Shown here piece after piece: positions 38,026 through 50,394 of a stretch of DNA of 64,000 nt (its first letter is position 1; each line of letters opens with the position of its first letter). The position numbers and the translations under genes are program-made. The DNA lies in the NCBI GenBank assembly GCA_026770705.1, contig JANJGN010000003.1:204476001-204540000 (forward strand), read 5' to 3'. This DNA is from Isurus oxyrinchus (taxonomy: Eukaryota). Under the pieces are notes generated by a model, which did not search any database, was not told where the DNA came from, and worked only from the letters and a program-made list of their open reading frames with translations.

Positions 38026-41000
38026 GGGCAGAATTCTCCCATCTGGGACTAAGTCCCATGGTGGGGGCCGGAATGGGGATGTTTCCTGCTGTGGCAGTTG
38101 ATGGGAAATCCTGCAGAATCTTACATCCCCAGTGTCATTAATTATGCAGTTGGGGGTTTGCCAATGCCTGACGCGTTGGGGCGGGCTGAATGGCGCACTC
38201 CCCACTGTCATATTCAGATGCCATATTTAAAAGATGCCCGGAGATCCAGCTAACTGTCAATCCTTATAGAGTTGACAGGAAGGGGAAAGAGAGGTCCAGT
38301 GTCCAAGGTCAATGACACCTCCCTGCGTTTCCTCCTCATGTGGAGGCCAGGAGGAGTGTTCGATACCCTGCTGATGGGAAGAGGTGGCCGAGCAGGGAAG
38401 CCAACCCTGCAAGGGCGCAGCTCGCCAATGCTCTAAGTACCCAGGCTGTCCAGCGCTGGCCAGCCACCCAATGTGGGAGAAGGATGAATGACCTCATCCA
38501 GTCCACCAAGGGAATTGAAGATACAGCGCTCACACTAACCACAATGAAGCCCATGAATGTCAGGAGACATGGGCGTCAGTAGCAACAGCATAAGTTTGTG
38601 TCTCACAGTCCTGCTGCAGTACATCCACTCTCTGGTGGAGAGACTACCGTGCTTCCTTCACCCTGCTGTATGGAAGGTGGTGGGGATTGGGGAAAGTGAA
38701 ATGGGCTCAGGCGCAGACAGCACCAGTTACCTCCATGAATGAGGTACCTCCCTGAGCCTGATCCTTGCATGTGGATGGGCTTAGCACTCTGGAGAGAGCT
38801 GGCCCACAACCCTTCTAGACAACTTGCAGAGCATTAATGCCATGCCACACAATCCAGTGGGTTATCTCAGAATGGAAGGATGAGAAATGAACGTAAAATA
38901 GCTATGCACAAATGGATGCAACATATAATTCCTCCCAAACCCACCTTTTCTGTTGTCTTTGAACAGGATAAGTTGTGATACAACCAGCATGAATGTTAAA
39001 AGACATCTGAAGGTTCTCACAGAGTTTGAGGAGAGGGCAGCCCGGCTGGCAAGTGTGGAGTGGGACCGAGCAATTGGCAATGGGGAGCTGGGATTTGGGC
39101 CTTCACCTGTAAGGATCCATGCATGGTATAGAAACCTGAGGGCCCAGGGTGCCTCCATGTTGGAGGCTGCTCATACTGTCACTCGCTCTCTCCTCTCTCA
39201 CTTTCAGGTGCCACCAGAAAGAGACCAAAACCCGAGCCAGTGGAATCCATGTCAGGCCTCAGCAGAAGCCTTAGCTCGGAGAGGAGCCAGGAGAGAAGAC
39301 AAGAGGAGAGATGTGCACCTGTTGAGGCGTAACATCAGACATCTTCACCCTCCAGCACCTCGGTGGGTATGAACTCTAGCATAGGATGGGTCTCACACTC
39401 TGGTGGTCACCAGACGGACACGTGTCCACATCAGGAGAAGATGGGGTAAGCCGAGCTCACCAACACTCAGAGGAATGCTGGGGGAGAGGCATCTGCGAGG
39501 TCCAAGTCCGATGGCTGGCCTTTGGAATCGGCCTTCCAGCTGATGGTGGAAAGCTAGAAAGAGGCAGGGAACATCAGGCAGAAGTGTTGGAGGCCCTTAA
39601 GTGGGTGACTTGCGAGACAGAGGGGTCATCTTCCTGCTGGCTGGTGAAGTGGTGCCGTCCTGTGCATGCATCAAGGTCTCCATGGGGTGGTTGGTGGACT
39701 CCATGGAAATCCTAGTGCATCAGGCCCTGCCGGAGGTAGATGCAGACCTGCACTCAACTACAGTAGCCATGGGGAAGCTTCTGCATTTGGCATATAAGAG
39801 GGGGCCGGGGCATCTTGGCTTTCCTCCAGGTGCCCCTGTCCTCAAGGAATCAGACTGGGATCTTCAGGCGCCCAAAGGGAGGAGGAGCGGCAGCTGGACG
39901 CCCCTGGGTCATCCATTCAGAAATCTCAGAGGCTGTCCAGACCTTCCAAATCCCCTCTGCCTGTGATCGCTTCAATCTCATCCTCTGTCACTGCAGGGGG
40001 AGCAGCTGGCCCACATCCAAATGAAGATGAGGCCCTCTAGGCCTTGGCTCTCCAGAGGATGGCCACCAAAGTCATCTGAGGTAACGAGGTCAACCGGTCA
40101 GCAGGCTGCCTGCACCCCTGCTGTGGATGTCGGGGGAGCACCTAGAAGTAGTAGGCCAAGGAAAATCAAGAAATATTGATCACAACTGGTTACATAGGTG
40201 AGCAATTGCTTGTCACAATTAGGAAATTTATGTAAATACAATCATTTTCGCTTCAGTAGTGTCTACTGTCTTATCTCAGTGCGGTCCTTAAGGCTTACTG
40301 AATGCCCCCCAACCCCTCCACCGCCCTGCCTTCCCTCCTGTGGACACCCAGCCCCCCCAAATGAATCTGCAGGGGGTCAAGGGTATGTTCCAGGGCCCTT
40401 GTGGGCCATGTGGAAGCACATTCGCATGTATGCTGAGCCTTCATCTATCAAAGTCTGATGTGTTCCGGGTCGCTAGCATTGTCAAAGCTTTGCTGCTGGG
40501 GTTCCCTTTCAGTTGTCCAGTTCAGGTGGCCTGCATCTTCATCCATCCACTGATCCAGCTTGCATGCTGCGTCTCGGGATCTCCACCACGAGACTCTGCT
40601 CAGTTTTGACCAGGCCAGCAAAGGTGGTAGTCACATTCTTTATGAGCTCCGGCACCGTGTCCCCTCCGCTAGTCATCCGCAACCTTTCCCCCATTACCGT
40701 TGACCCCCAGCATTACTTTCAGCCTCCACATCATTACCCTTCAGCCATCTCACTTCTCTTCTGACAATGTCTAAGTTAACATCCATGTACCCTTCCTCCT
40801 CATAACCATTGACCTGCCTGCCCTCCTCCTGGCCACCAACAACCCTCAGTCCCTTCATGTGACCACGTCGCACCCTCACCCTCCCACCCTACTGGTTCCC
40901 CCTGCTTCCTGTGACCCTCACCATTCCGTCTTACCACACCGACCCTCAGTTTGCCCATTAGTAGGCTGGAAATCAATTTCACGCTGGCCTCTGGTGGGAA

Positions 41001-41145
41001 TTGCGACCCGCCATGGTGGGCAGCATTGGAAGATCCCACAGTCATTTCACGCCGGTGTGAAACTGATTTTTGGGCTTCATGTTCAATTCTCCCCCTTCCT
41101 GTCCGCCATTGAACCTGCCAACGAGGTCATGGGAAAATTCAGCCC
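38026..41145 (+). mobile_element. Harbinger derivative with a Myb/SANT gene but no transposase
   Basis: TIR gggcagaattctccc / gggaaaattcagccc; AAA TSD. Confidence 0.88.
38265..40180 (+). pseudogene. Myb/SANT gene remnant
   Basis: YPADGKRWP...ATQCGRRMNDLI; ctttcag acceptor at 39207; basic tail PRSSRPRKIKKY*. Confidence 0.7.
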
Positions 41146-41744
41146 AAAGTGTTAATTATAGTCAGTTCCTTATTTTAAATCTGCTATCAATATGTATTCT
41201 TGAACCTTGGAGAATTAAATTGGTACTGTTTTATCACCAAGAAGTCATCTCCTATACATCTGTACTGACTGCCATTGCCTTTCAGTGTACTCTGTGTTTT
41301 CCTAGTTTATATCTATGTATAATGTCTCTATAATATAAAATTGGTACATCTGTGCATACTTCCTATCTGTCACACCTCATGCATTATATTTGAACATCAT
41401 CCTCTGCAGCTATAATCTAATATTATCCTCTAGTTTCATATTCTGGAGTCACAATCCAACAACATTTTCTGGAGTCAAGTTAATAGAAACAAATCAGAAC
41501 TGAGGAGATGGGGAACCTACCAGGGGAATTTTAACCTAGAGGTGCAGGATTGTTTTGGTTTAGGTAAGGATTTAAAAACAGCAAAAATTGCAGCATGTTG
41601 GGAATTCAGCTCCAGCCCACCAACTTCCGCAACTGGAGTGTATTCGGCTGCCTGTGCATAACCCCTCAGGAGTAGTGGTCACTTATTTTCATAGGATAAT
41701 CACTCAAGTAGAACGATATTTGTCAGGAGTTGTTGTGAAGGGAG

Positions 41745-42066
41745 ATGGTAGTGTAATGGTAAAATCACTACACTACCAATCCAGGCCCAGACCTAATGCG
41801 CTGGGGATATGGGTTCAAATCCCACCATGGCAGCTGCTGAAATTTGAATTCTATTATCAGTAATGGTGACCATGCAACAAATGTTTATAAAAACCCCATC
41901 TGGCCTGGTCTGGCCTAGACATGATTCCATGCGCACAGCAATGTGCCCAGCTCTTAACTCCCCACTGCAATGGTCTAGTAAGCCACTCAGTTGAAGGGCA
42001 ATTAGGGATGGGCAACAAATGCTGGCCTTGCCAGATACCCACACCCCCTGAAGGAATTTTAAAAAA
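41745..42066 (+). mobile_element. HE1-type elasmobranch SINE
   Basis: B box ggttcaaatccc; tail gggcaattagggatgggcaacaaatgctggccttgccag (tail remnants also at about 445-500 and 56455-56500). Confidence 0.75.
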
Positions 42067-42209
42067 GACATTTCAACTTGCATTTCAAATTTAAAGTCTG
42101 TAATGACGGCAACTCAAGAAGGTAACGGCAACTGAGGAGAAATCTGGAGAGGAGGGGAGCAGCAGAGAGGTTCAGCTCACTGGAGGCAATGCTCATGAAA
42201 CAGGCAGAG

Positions 42210-43448
42210 GCTGGGATTTTCTGCGTCCGCTGGTATCAAGAGTGTTACGTGGCATGAGCAGACAATATGGAGCAATCAGTTTCTCAACAGCATGAAACCA
42301 GTTTGCAGTATTTCTGGACATCGGGGCCCTCATTGTAATATGTCTGCATTATTATTAGGCCAGCCCAATGGAATTGTTCCCCCCGCTGCCTCGCTGGATC
42401 GTCCACTCAGGTCAGCAAGAATCACAACAGCACATAAGCGACATGCACCTGGCAGTTTGCACTTTGCTTGGAGCTTCAAGGTTTGTTTGCCTACTTTGCT
42501 TCAGTCAGCACTCGCAGTCATCAGCACCAGGCTTCACAGACAGCACCTCATCACTTTTAGGGGGGCTTTCTGTAGGTCTCTGCCAGATCAACCAAATGTG
42601 GGTGGCTTTTCAATGGCTGCAGGGCAAGGTTTTGCTTGGCAAAGGGGGGGAAGAGGCCTTAGGCAAGAGAAGAGGCTGCAGGGTGAGGGCTGTACTGGGG
42701 AAGGAGGGTAACCCAGGGTGTGTATGGGGCACATGTTGATCTGTGCAAATGGCCTCAAGATGGTGAGGGCTGAGGAGGCAGTCTCCAGAGGAGATGAGGC
42801 CAGAAGGAGATGTGAGGGTGTATGTGAGAGTGAGTGGTGATGCCCCTTGAGCTGGCAGTGAGTGAGATGCCAGTGGATGTGTGATGGGCTTGTGGGTGTG
42901 TGGATTTAGAATGATGAGATATTTGCCATGCCCTGCTGCACAGATGAGGTGGTTCATCCTCGATCTGCATTGGATGGCTATCTTCTTGCATGCAGCACTG
43001 GCACTGATCACCACTGCCACCACCTCCTAAGCCTGGTTGGTCACGCCACTGCCCATCCTGCAGCCAGAGTGGGGGTAGAGGACATCATGGTGGGCCTCCA
43101 CACCATCCAAAAGCCATTCCAGTGACACGTCACTAAACCTGGAGGCTGCAGTCTTTTTGCCTCTCGTGGACAACTTCCCTGCAGTAGTCATGGGCTGGAA
43201 GCACTGAGATGTGTGCACACAGCTGGACTTTAAATATAGTGCCCAGCATGATGAAGCAGCAAGGTGATGGTGTAGTGGACGAATGAGAGCCTACCTGCCA
43301 TTGAAATGGTGTGTTTCCCGGGAATGCATAACTAATGCGGTGGGTTTGGGATGATACAATGTGAAAACCTGCCTTTGCGGCTGGTGGCTAAAACGTTGTT
43401 TTACCTGCCTGCTACTGTACTTAGTGTAAATCTGGGATGTTTCCACCC
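42210..43448 (-). mobile_element. 1.2-kb non-autonomous Harbinger retaining Myb exon 1 (copy B)
   Basis: RGKKTAASRFSDVSLEWLLDGVEAHHDVLYP; ACKKIAIQCRSRMNHLI; termini gctgggattttc / gatgtttccaccc. Confidence 0.82.
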
Positions 43449-43529
43449 AGAGGCCGAGTTTCCATAATATGTCTGATCCAAAAAGATCTGTCTACCCTCT
43501 GGGCTGGATATAAAAATCCCATGACACCA

Positions 43530-43760
43530 TTTTCAAGAAGAAGAGGAGAGACATCCCTGATGTGCTGCTCAATATTTATCCCTCAATCAACATCACAAAA
43601 ACAGGTTATTTGGTTAATATTATATTGCTGTTTGTAGGAATTTGCTGTGTGCAAATTGGCTGTCATGTTTCCTATGTTATAAACGTAGTATATTTCATTG
43701 GCTGTAAAGTGCTTTGAGATGTTCTGAAGTGACAAAAGGCACTATATAAATGCGAGTCCC
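43530..43760 (+). mobile_element. Deu-domain SINE fragment
   Basis: caatatttatccctcaatcaacatcac...tcattggctgtaaagtgctttg...tatataaatgc. Confidence 0.7.
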
Positions 43761-45770
43761 AGCATCGAATAGGGAGTGTACCCCAAAGATGCACTGGGGA
43801 ATCCTTCCCAGAACTGCACAGGTAAGCATTTGCACACAATTGCCCAGAAGTACACACTTCCTCTGGGCAATTGCGCTGCACTGGGAACCATCAAAAAATG
43901 CAATTTAAAATGCAAACTTCGGACAGTTCTGGCAGGGTTACACCAATAGTTACCCAGAAAAAGTTAGAAGAATTAAAACCTCTTCTAACTTCTGGATAAC
44001 AACTGTCAAGACCCAGACCTATCCCGCCACGGAACTCCTCCTCACCCCTGACTAACCACCTCCTCATGGTATTCCCCACCTCTGACCCCCCATGGGATTC
44101 CCCCCACCCATTTAGGGCTCCTCACTCAAACTCCTCCCAACTCCTGTGCTCAACTTTCATCTCCCCTGACCCAACTGGACCTCCCACCCTTAGCTAGTGC
44201 TGGAAAAAAGGGAGGGCATGTGCTCCTTCAATTTGACAGTGCTGGACTGCGATGCTGGACTTTGGAGACACTGTGCTGCCTGGATCTCACCGGGCCTGAG
44301 TCAGAAGGTCAGGCTAGACAGGCATGGAAGAACTTTAACATAGGTAAGTGGGTATGGAGTGGCAATCTGGTGCTGATTGCCACTCCAAGGTAGTTATGGA
44401 CCTATATTTTTGTCATCACTGGCAAAGTCGACTGCTCACTGGCGTAGCAGCCCATTACTCACGGACCATACAAATTGGGGAATGACCAGGCCCAGTGTAA
44501 GATGAAGGGATAACTGAAAGCAGGTTTGGGAATATTATTAATTTGGCAGTTATGAGTTTTCAGGATTACTTAATTTGCCATTCATTCTTCTTTACTGCCC
44601 TTGAGTAAATCACATCGTAATGTGGGAGATAAAACCTGCACCTTCCTTGATTTCAGCAAAAATTGGGTCCAAGAAGTGCAAGACGTGAAAAGGTTGAACT
44701 GCAATAGAAATTACTTTGCGTTTTATCAATGTTTAGCTGTGCTCTGGTCACTTCTACCCCTCTAAAGCTGGAGCAATGAGTGCCAGCAAAAGGTGACAGA
44801 AAATACAATTTGTTGCTTGCCAAGTCCTTGATGAGGTTGCCTTTTATCTGCGTTTATCAAAATAGTGGGTGCTGTACTTCTGGCACATAATGAGCATCCA
44901 CCATGTTGGATGCTTTATGAAGGAATGCAGCTATAAATACAAAGTTAACAGAGAATCCAGGTATAAATAACAAGTTATAAGATTAAAAAGAGTGATTCTC
45001 CTATGAAATAGGGATTAAAAATTAAAAGCAGAGTTCAAATTAAAAGCAGAGTTCATCTGCTCGACCAAAGGAAAAGGTTTAAAAAGTTTATAAAAATGTC
45101 TGTACAACAATATCCTGTGACATATTATTTAACACAAGGCAGTTCTGAAAACAAGCAGAAACCTGGCCTTTACTTCACCTCAGCAAGGCATTGATAAATT
45201 GTAAGATACTACAATTTAACAATGGATAGGATGGTGATCCTAAATAACTTGTTAACTTGAACCTTGGAAACTAGGTGTTGCAAGGAAGCAATCATTATCT
45301 GCACCTCTCAGTATCCTGTTTGCTTGAAGGATGTTGATGAAAAGCAAAAGATGATGACCAGTATGAGTGCTCAGCAGGCTTCCTGCGGGTTTAGCTCTTT
45401 CAGGGTATAAATATTGGAAGTACATAGTAGGATTTTTAGATTCATTAGATTCACTCCGGTGTCTCTCAAATAAAGGTATGTTGCTGTTATGTAGTGATGA
45501 TAGTTCTCCCCTTAACTGGAATAGAGATATCCTTGCTAGAATCCATAGCTTTCTACTTGGGGATTTAAGGTAAATACTACTTCAAATATTGATGGATATC
45601 TTAAATATCTCACGCAATATAAATAAGATCCAGGTTCTCTGTTAGAAACAAGATTGTAGTTACTTCTCCTGGAACTGTTAATGTCACAATTGAATTACCA
45701 TCAAAAGTGAATTGCATATTTGGTTCTGAAAAAGACTCTTCATATAATGTAGAAAATATATTACGCAGAA

Positions 45771-45922
45771 TTTTACCCTCCCCCCCGCACCCCCCCCCCC
45801 CCCCACCCCCCACCCACCCCCTCCACCCCCCCACCGGCAGGATTTTCTGGTCCCGCCTAAGATAATGGACTTTTGGATGGTTTGCTGCATCTTACAGCCC
45901 TTCCCACCGTAAATTTCCACCC
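45771..45922. mobile_element. Short MITE
   Basis: cgcagaattttac / gtaaatttccaccc; same family as 13779. Confidence 0.6.
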
Positions 45923-48619
45923 ATTGTCTCATACAGACTCCTGTATCCAAACTTGAAAACCCATCTCTGTTGACTTGTTAGTGGAGAGGTACACTGTTGA
46001 GCAGAGATACCCGGGCTCTTACAATATCCAGATTGTTTTAATCTAGTTGACAATGTTAAAAACGCTACCTGGAGGATTATTAGTTTACACCAGTGAAGTG
46101 CCTAAGGTTGAGTTATTTTTAGGCTGTGCCACAAATACTGGAAAAAACAAAGCATTTAATCAGTCACATTTGACAAGTGCTGGACCTTCAATGCCCCAAT
46201 CACATAGCCAGAACTCATGGGAGGAGGACATGGCTCTGACATCTCAGTCTATTGACAATGGCGGTAATTTTCCCATCATGGTTTCATGTCAGGAGGGAGG
46301 GGAGAGTTTAGGAGGAAGCCAAAAATCAGCAACCCACCAACGTAAAAATAATTTGCAATTCTCCTGATGGCAGGTTAATGGTAGACCAGGTATCCCCCTA
46401 AGCAGTGGAGTGAATGCCATTTGCATTCATTACCATGCCATGAATGCTCAGTAAATTAGTTTCTCACCAGAACTATGTGCCACCTTCCAATCTTGCATCA
46501 CGCCAGCAGCAAAACATACCAGCCTGAATCTCGATTGAAAAAGGGTGGCTTTCACAGGTCGGAACTCACTTCACTCGCAGCTTCGAGGTGAGTGCAACAT
46601 ACATAGCCTACTTTCAATAGCTCTGCGCCAGTCTCATTGCGATGCCAGTGGAATGTCACACTGCTGGGGCTGTAGGATTGGTCTGCTCCAGGTGCTTGCC
46701 TCCAGAGTCACAAGGACACCACTGTGCAGCGGTACTCAGGCAGGGCTCAACTGAGACACTGACCAGCATTGTGACTGGGGTAGGGTGGGTGGGGGTGGTG
46801 TGTAGGGGTGGTCTGCTCTCCCAGTGGGTGTCACCATTGTCTGGAAGGATAGTACTGTGCAGCAGTACACAGACAGGGGTGCACATTCAGAAACCAGCAT
46901 ATCGACCGAGGAAGGGGGTGGTAGGGAAAGGTGAACACACGGGGGCAATGGCAAAGGAAGGCATTGCAAGAGGTTCACAGGGGAAGGGGGCATGATGGAA
47001 GGCAGATGGGCAGAAAGGCCTTGAACTAATTGGAGGAGGAGGGGAAATGATGGTAGGCAGAGATGTGGGACGCTGGAGCCTGACAAGGATAACTGAAGGG
47101 GGTGAAAGGGATACCACATGTATGAATGGAAGGGGGATGCTTGCAGGCTCTGGAATAGGAAAGGGTTGGGAGGTAGTTAGTGTGCCACAAGAGATGTGGG
47201 TCACATGCAAACTCATAAATGGGATGTGGGGTTTGGACAGGAGACAGTCCTGAGTGTAATGGGGAACTCTGTCAAAGTCAAAGTCCTTGGTCTGGGGCTT
47301 ACAGTCAGGAGTCAGAGTAGAGACACTCCTTGGGCTCTGTGGATCACACAGTCAACAGTCAGAGAGTAGAGACAGTCATGGGGCTCTGTGGCGCACACAG
47401 TCTCCTCCAAGGAGTGGCAAGGGCTGTGTGGTCAGTAGGAATAATGCACAGCTGGCTCACAGTTGCTGTCCATGGGCTTGTCTATCTCTGTGTTGGGCTG
47501 CAGAAGGTGATGGTATGGGAATGGGAGGCATCTGCAGCCTGTATTTGGAGAACACGTAATGAAGGGGGTGGGGGTATGTGAATCTTTCCTGGTGGGGTGC
47601 ACCTCAGTAGGTGACCGTGCACACAGCCTCCAGATGGGGAAGGTAGAGGTCCACGTGGGGCATTGGTGCTTCAGTAAAGATGGGCTCGGGGGAGGGTATG
47701 AATATCCACCACAACAACAATGGGAACCAGTATCATTGGAGGAGGCTAGAGAATAATGGGAGGAAGCTCTAACTTCACATTGTGAGGATGCAGGTAGATT
47801 CCTGGGACATGGACGGTGAGAGGGGGAATGGCAAAGCTTATTTCAAAATAGTAGTGCAGGACCACCTTGTTGCTCCATTGGAGTTATGGCACAGTTGTAA
47901 ATTGAAAGTAGAAGTAGAAACTGAATTGAAGGGGTGTCAGGCTGTATGGGAGGAGTGCACTGCTGGAGTAAATGGCCCTTTCTGGGGGCACCCTCTAACT
48001 TGTTTGCAAGAGTGAACTGGAGTCTGATTACAGAGAAAGGTGGAAGACTTCCTTGTGAAGAAAGCCATTGGAAGCCAAAGCATTTATCAGTGCTGTACCA
48101 GAGATATTCATAAGTCAATGGCTTCACATCACATTTGCTGTATATCAGCATTAACAGATTGGAATGTATAATTTGGGAATGCAGGCATTCAGGGAGGAGG
48201 TGTGGGTGCAGCATTTCTGGCATTCCATTTATGGAGGCCAGTCAGATGTTCTCCAGAATTGACATTCATGATGGGCCAAAGGGCATTCTGTCATTAATCA
48301 TCAGCAATTAATTGTTAATTGGAATGCCAGATCAGAGATTGGTGCATTGAGCCAGGTTAGGTAGCGCTTGTCATTCAAGCCTTTACATAGCAATGTTAAA
48401 TTCAGAAGGAACATTTTTGGGATGGCATCAATGTGGTGGTAGTGAGTCAAAGACAAGGCAGCATCAGTCACAATGCAACTGTAGACCAATACAGTTGTTA
48501 TTGGTGGCAGACTGTGAGCTTCACTATCTTGACCCGTTCCTCATTAATGTCTTCAATATTTCATTTCAGAAAGAAGGTAAAAATCAAAAATGAATAGCTG
48601 TCTTTTTGAGCGTCCTGTT

Positions 48620-49752
48620 GCAATGAAGGAGGCGAAGGAGGGAGAGGCAATGCGGCGTGCAACTCAACCAGGAGATCCTGCCTGATGGCAAAGGTGAAGG
48701 CGGAACCAAAGCAAGAATAAGAGGGTCAGAGAAGAGACCCAGACAACAGACGAATCACTAGATCAAGGGCATACCAAAGAAGACTCTCCTATTTATAAAT
48801 GAGTGAGAGACAATGCGCTCGTCCCGAGCTATGGTAGATCACAAATGCCACATTCTTCGTGAAGACCTGACACCCTGTGGGGTTGGAGGGTATCCCCTGC
48901 CAGTGGTTTTAAAGATGACCACCGCACTCAATTTATTTGCCTGTGGGTATTTCCAAGGATCAATAGGGGACCTCTGTGGCATCTTGCACACATAGATGCA
49001 GAAAGGAGATCACAGATGCCCTTTACAGCAAGGCACATCACTATGTGAGATTTACTCTGGACTAAGGTAGCCAGGCTGTGAGATTCACTGTCTTCGCAGC
49101 TATCTCAGGCTTCCCAAGAGTGCAGGGTGCAATCGATTGCACCCATGTGGCTTTAAGGGCTCCATGACAGCAGGCCCATGTTTATAAACTACAAAGGCTA
49201 CCATTCCATCAATGTACAATGGGTGTGTGATCATCAGAAGCATATCATGCATGTTTGTGTCATTTACCCTTGGAGTTGCCACAACTCCTATATTCTGAGT
49301 CACTCCCAGGTGCCCGAGATTTTCAAAGGGTCTGAATGTCTGCAGGGATGGTTGCTTGGGGATGAGGGGTGCCCACTGAAATGCTGGCTGATGACACCGG
49401 TACATCGGCCTCAGAGTCGTTCCGAGGAAAGGTACAACACTGCTCACAGCTCCACATGCTCCCTAATAAAACAGACCATTGGGATTCTGAAGATGCCTGG
49501 AGCACTCAGGTGGCGCACTACAATACACTGTTGCTAGGTTTCATACAGCATCGGTATGTTGTGCCCTTCACAACCTGGCGCTGCAAAGGGGTGATCCTTT
49601 GCCAGAGGGTGAAATGGAAGAAAGAGGATGAAGATCAGGAGGCCCAGGAATCTCAAGAAGGTGATGATGGTCAGTTTGAAGGCAATGACACCATGGAGGA
49701 AGCAAGACATGGGAGACGTGCCCGTGATATTTTAATCACTGCCAGATTCTAG
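48620..49752 (+). pseudogene. Harbinger transposase
   Basis: LKMTTALNLFACGYFQ, ISGFPRVQGAIDCTHV, NYKGYHSINVQ, LLGDEGCPL, IKQTIGILK, acidic tail, RDILITARF*. Confidence 0.92.
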
Positions 49753-50394
49753 GAGGAGGAAATTGAAGGCAAGGGAAGGTGGCCACTGTCCTCCTATCCC
49801 TCAATGCCATTCCTTTTCATCTCACGGGATTCCCAACTAATTGATTTGAGAATGAGTCCAGCATTCACACTTGCACCTTCTGGCATCATGATTCACAAGA
49901 CTATGATTTCCATAAAGGTCTGCGGTGTCCTCTGTATGCAGTCAGTCTGGGGTGTGAGAGTCCACTCAACAATGAAAGCAATGTGAGAAGTGACTTGAAG
50001 CAGTCATCACCACATATTTAAGCAACTACAGCGGACAGTTAGATGGCATGTTTAGGGATTTCCTCCTCCTGTCCATGTCTTCTCCTTTCCCGCTACCGCT
50101 TAGGACACCTAAGTGCCGCTGATCAATCAAGGCTGCTGAGCATAATTCACGCACTTCACATCTCCCTGACATGACACAAGGGTGTGGAGATTATCTTCAC
50201 TGAGGTTGACATCACATGAATGTGAAACTCACATACGGAGACTATCACTGAGCGGGAGGCTGGATAAATCTCAAAATAAGAGGATTCAAATATACATAAT
50301 CAGAATGCCTTCAGCTGACCAAACCATTCAGATCAACATCAAATGTATTAACAAAAGTGCAAAATTTATACAGGGGTCTCACACTCGTGACCCA

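Noticed and set aside
41795-41830. tRNA gene
   Set aside because: The B box belongs to a SINE head; no cloverleaf or acceptor stem.
45018-45055. 18-bp tandem duplication
   Set aside because: Ordinary slippage duplication with no further structure.
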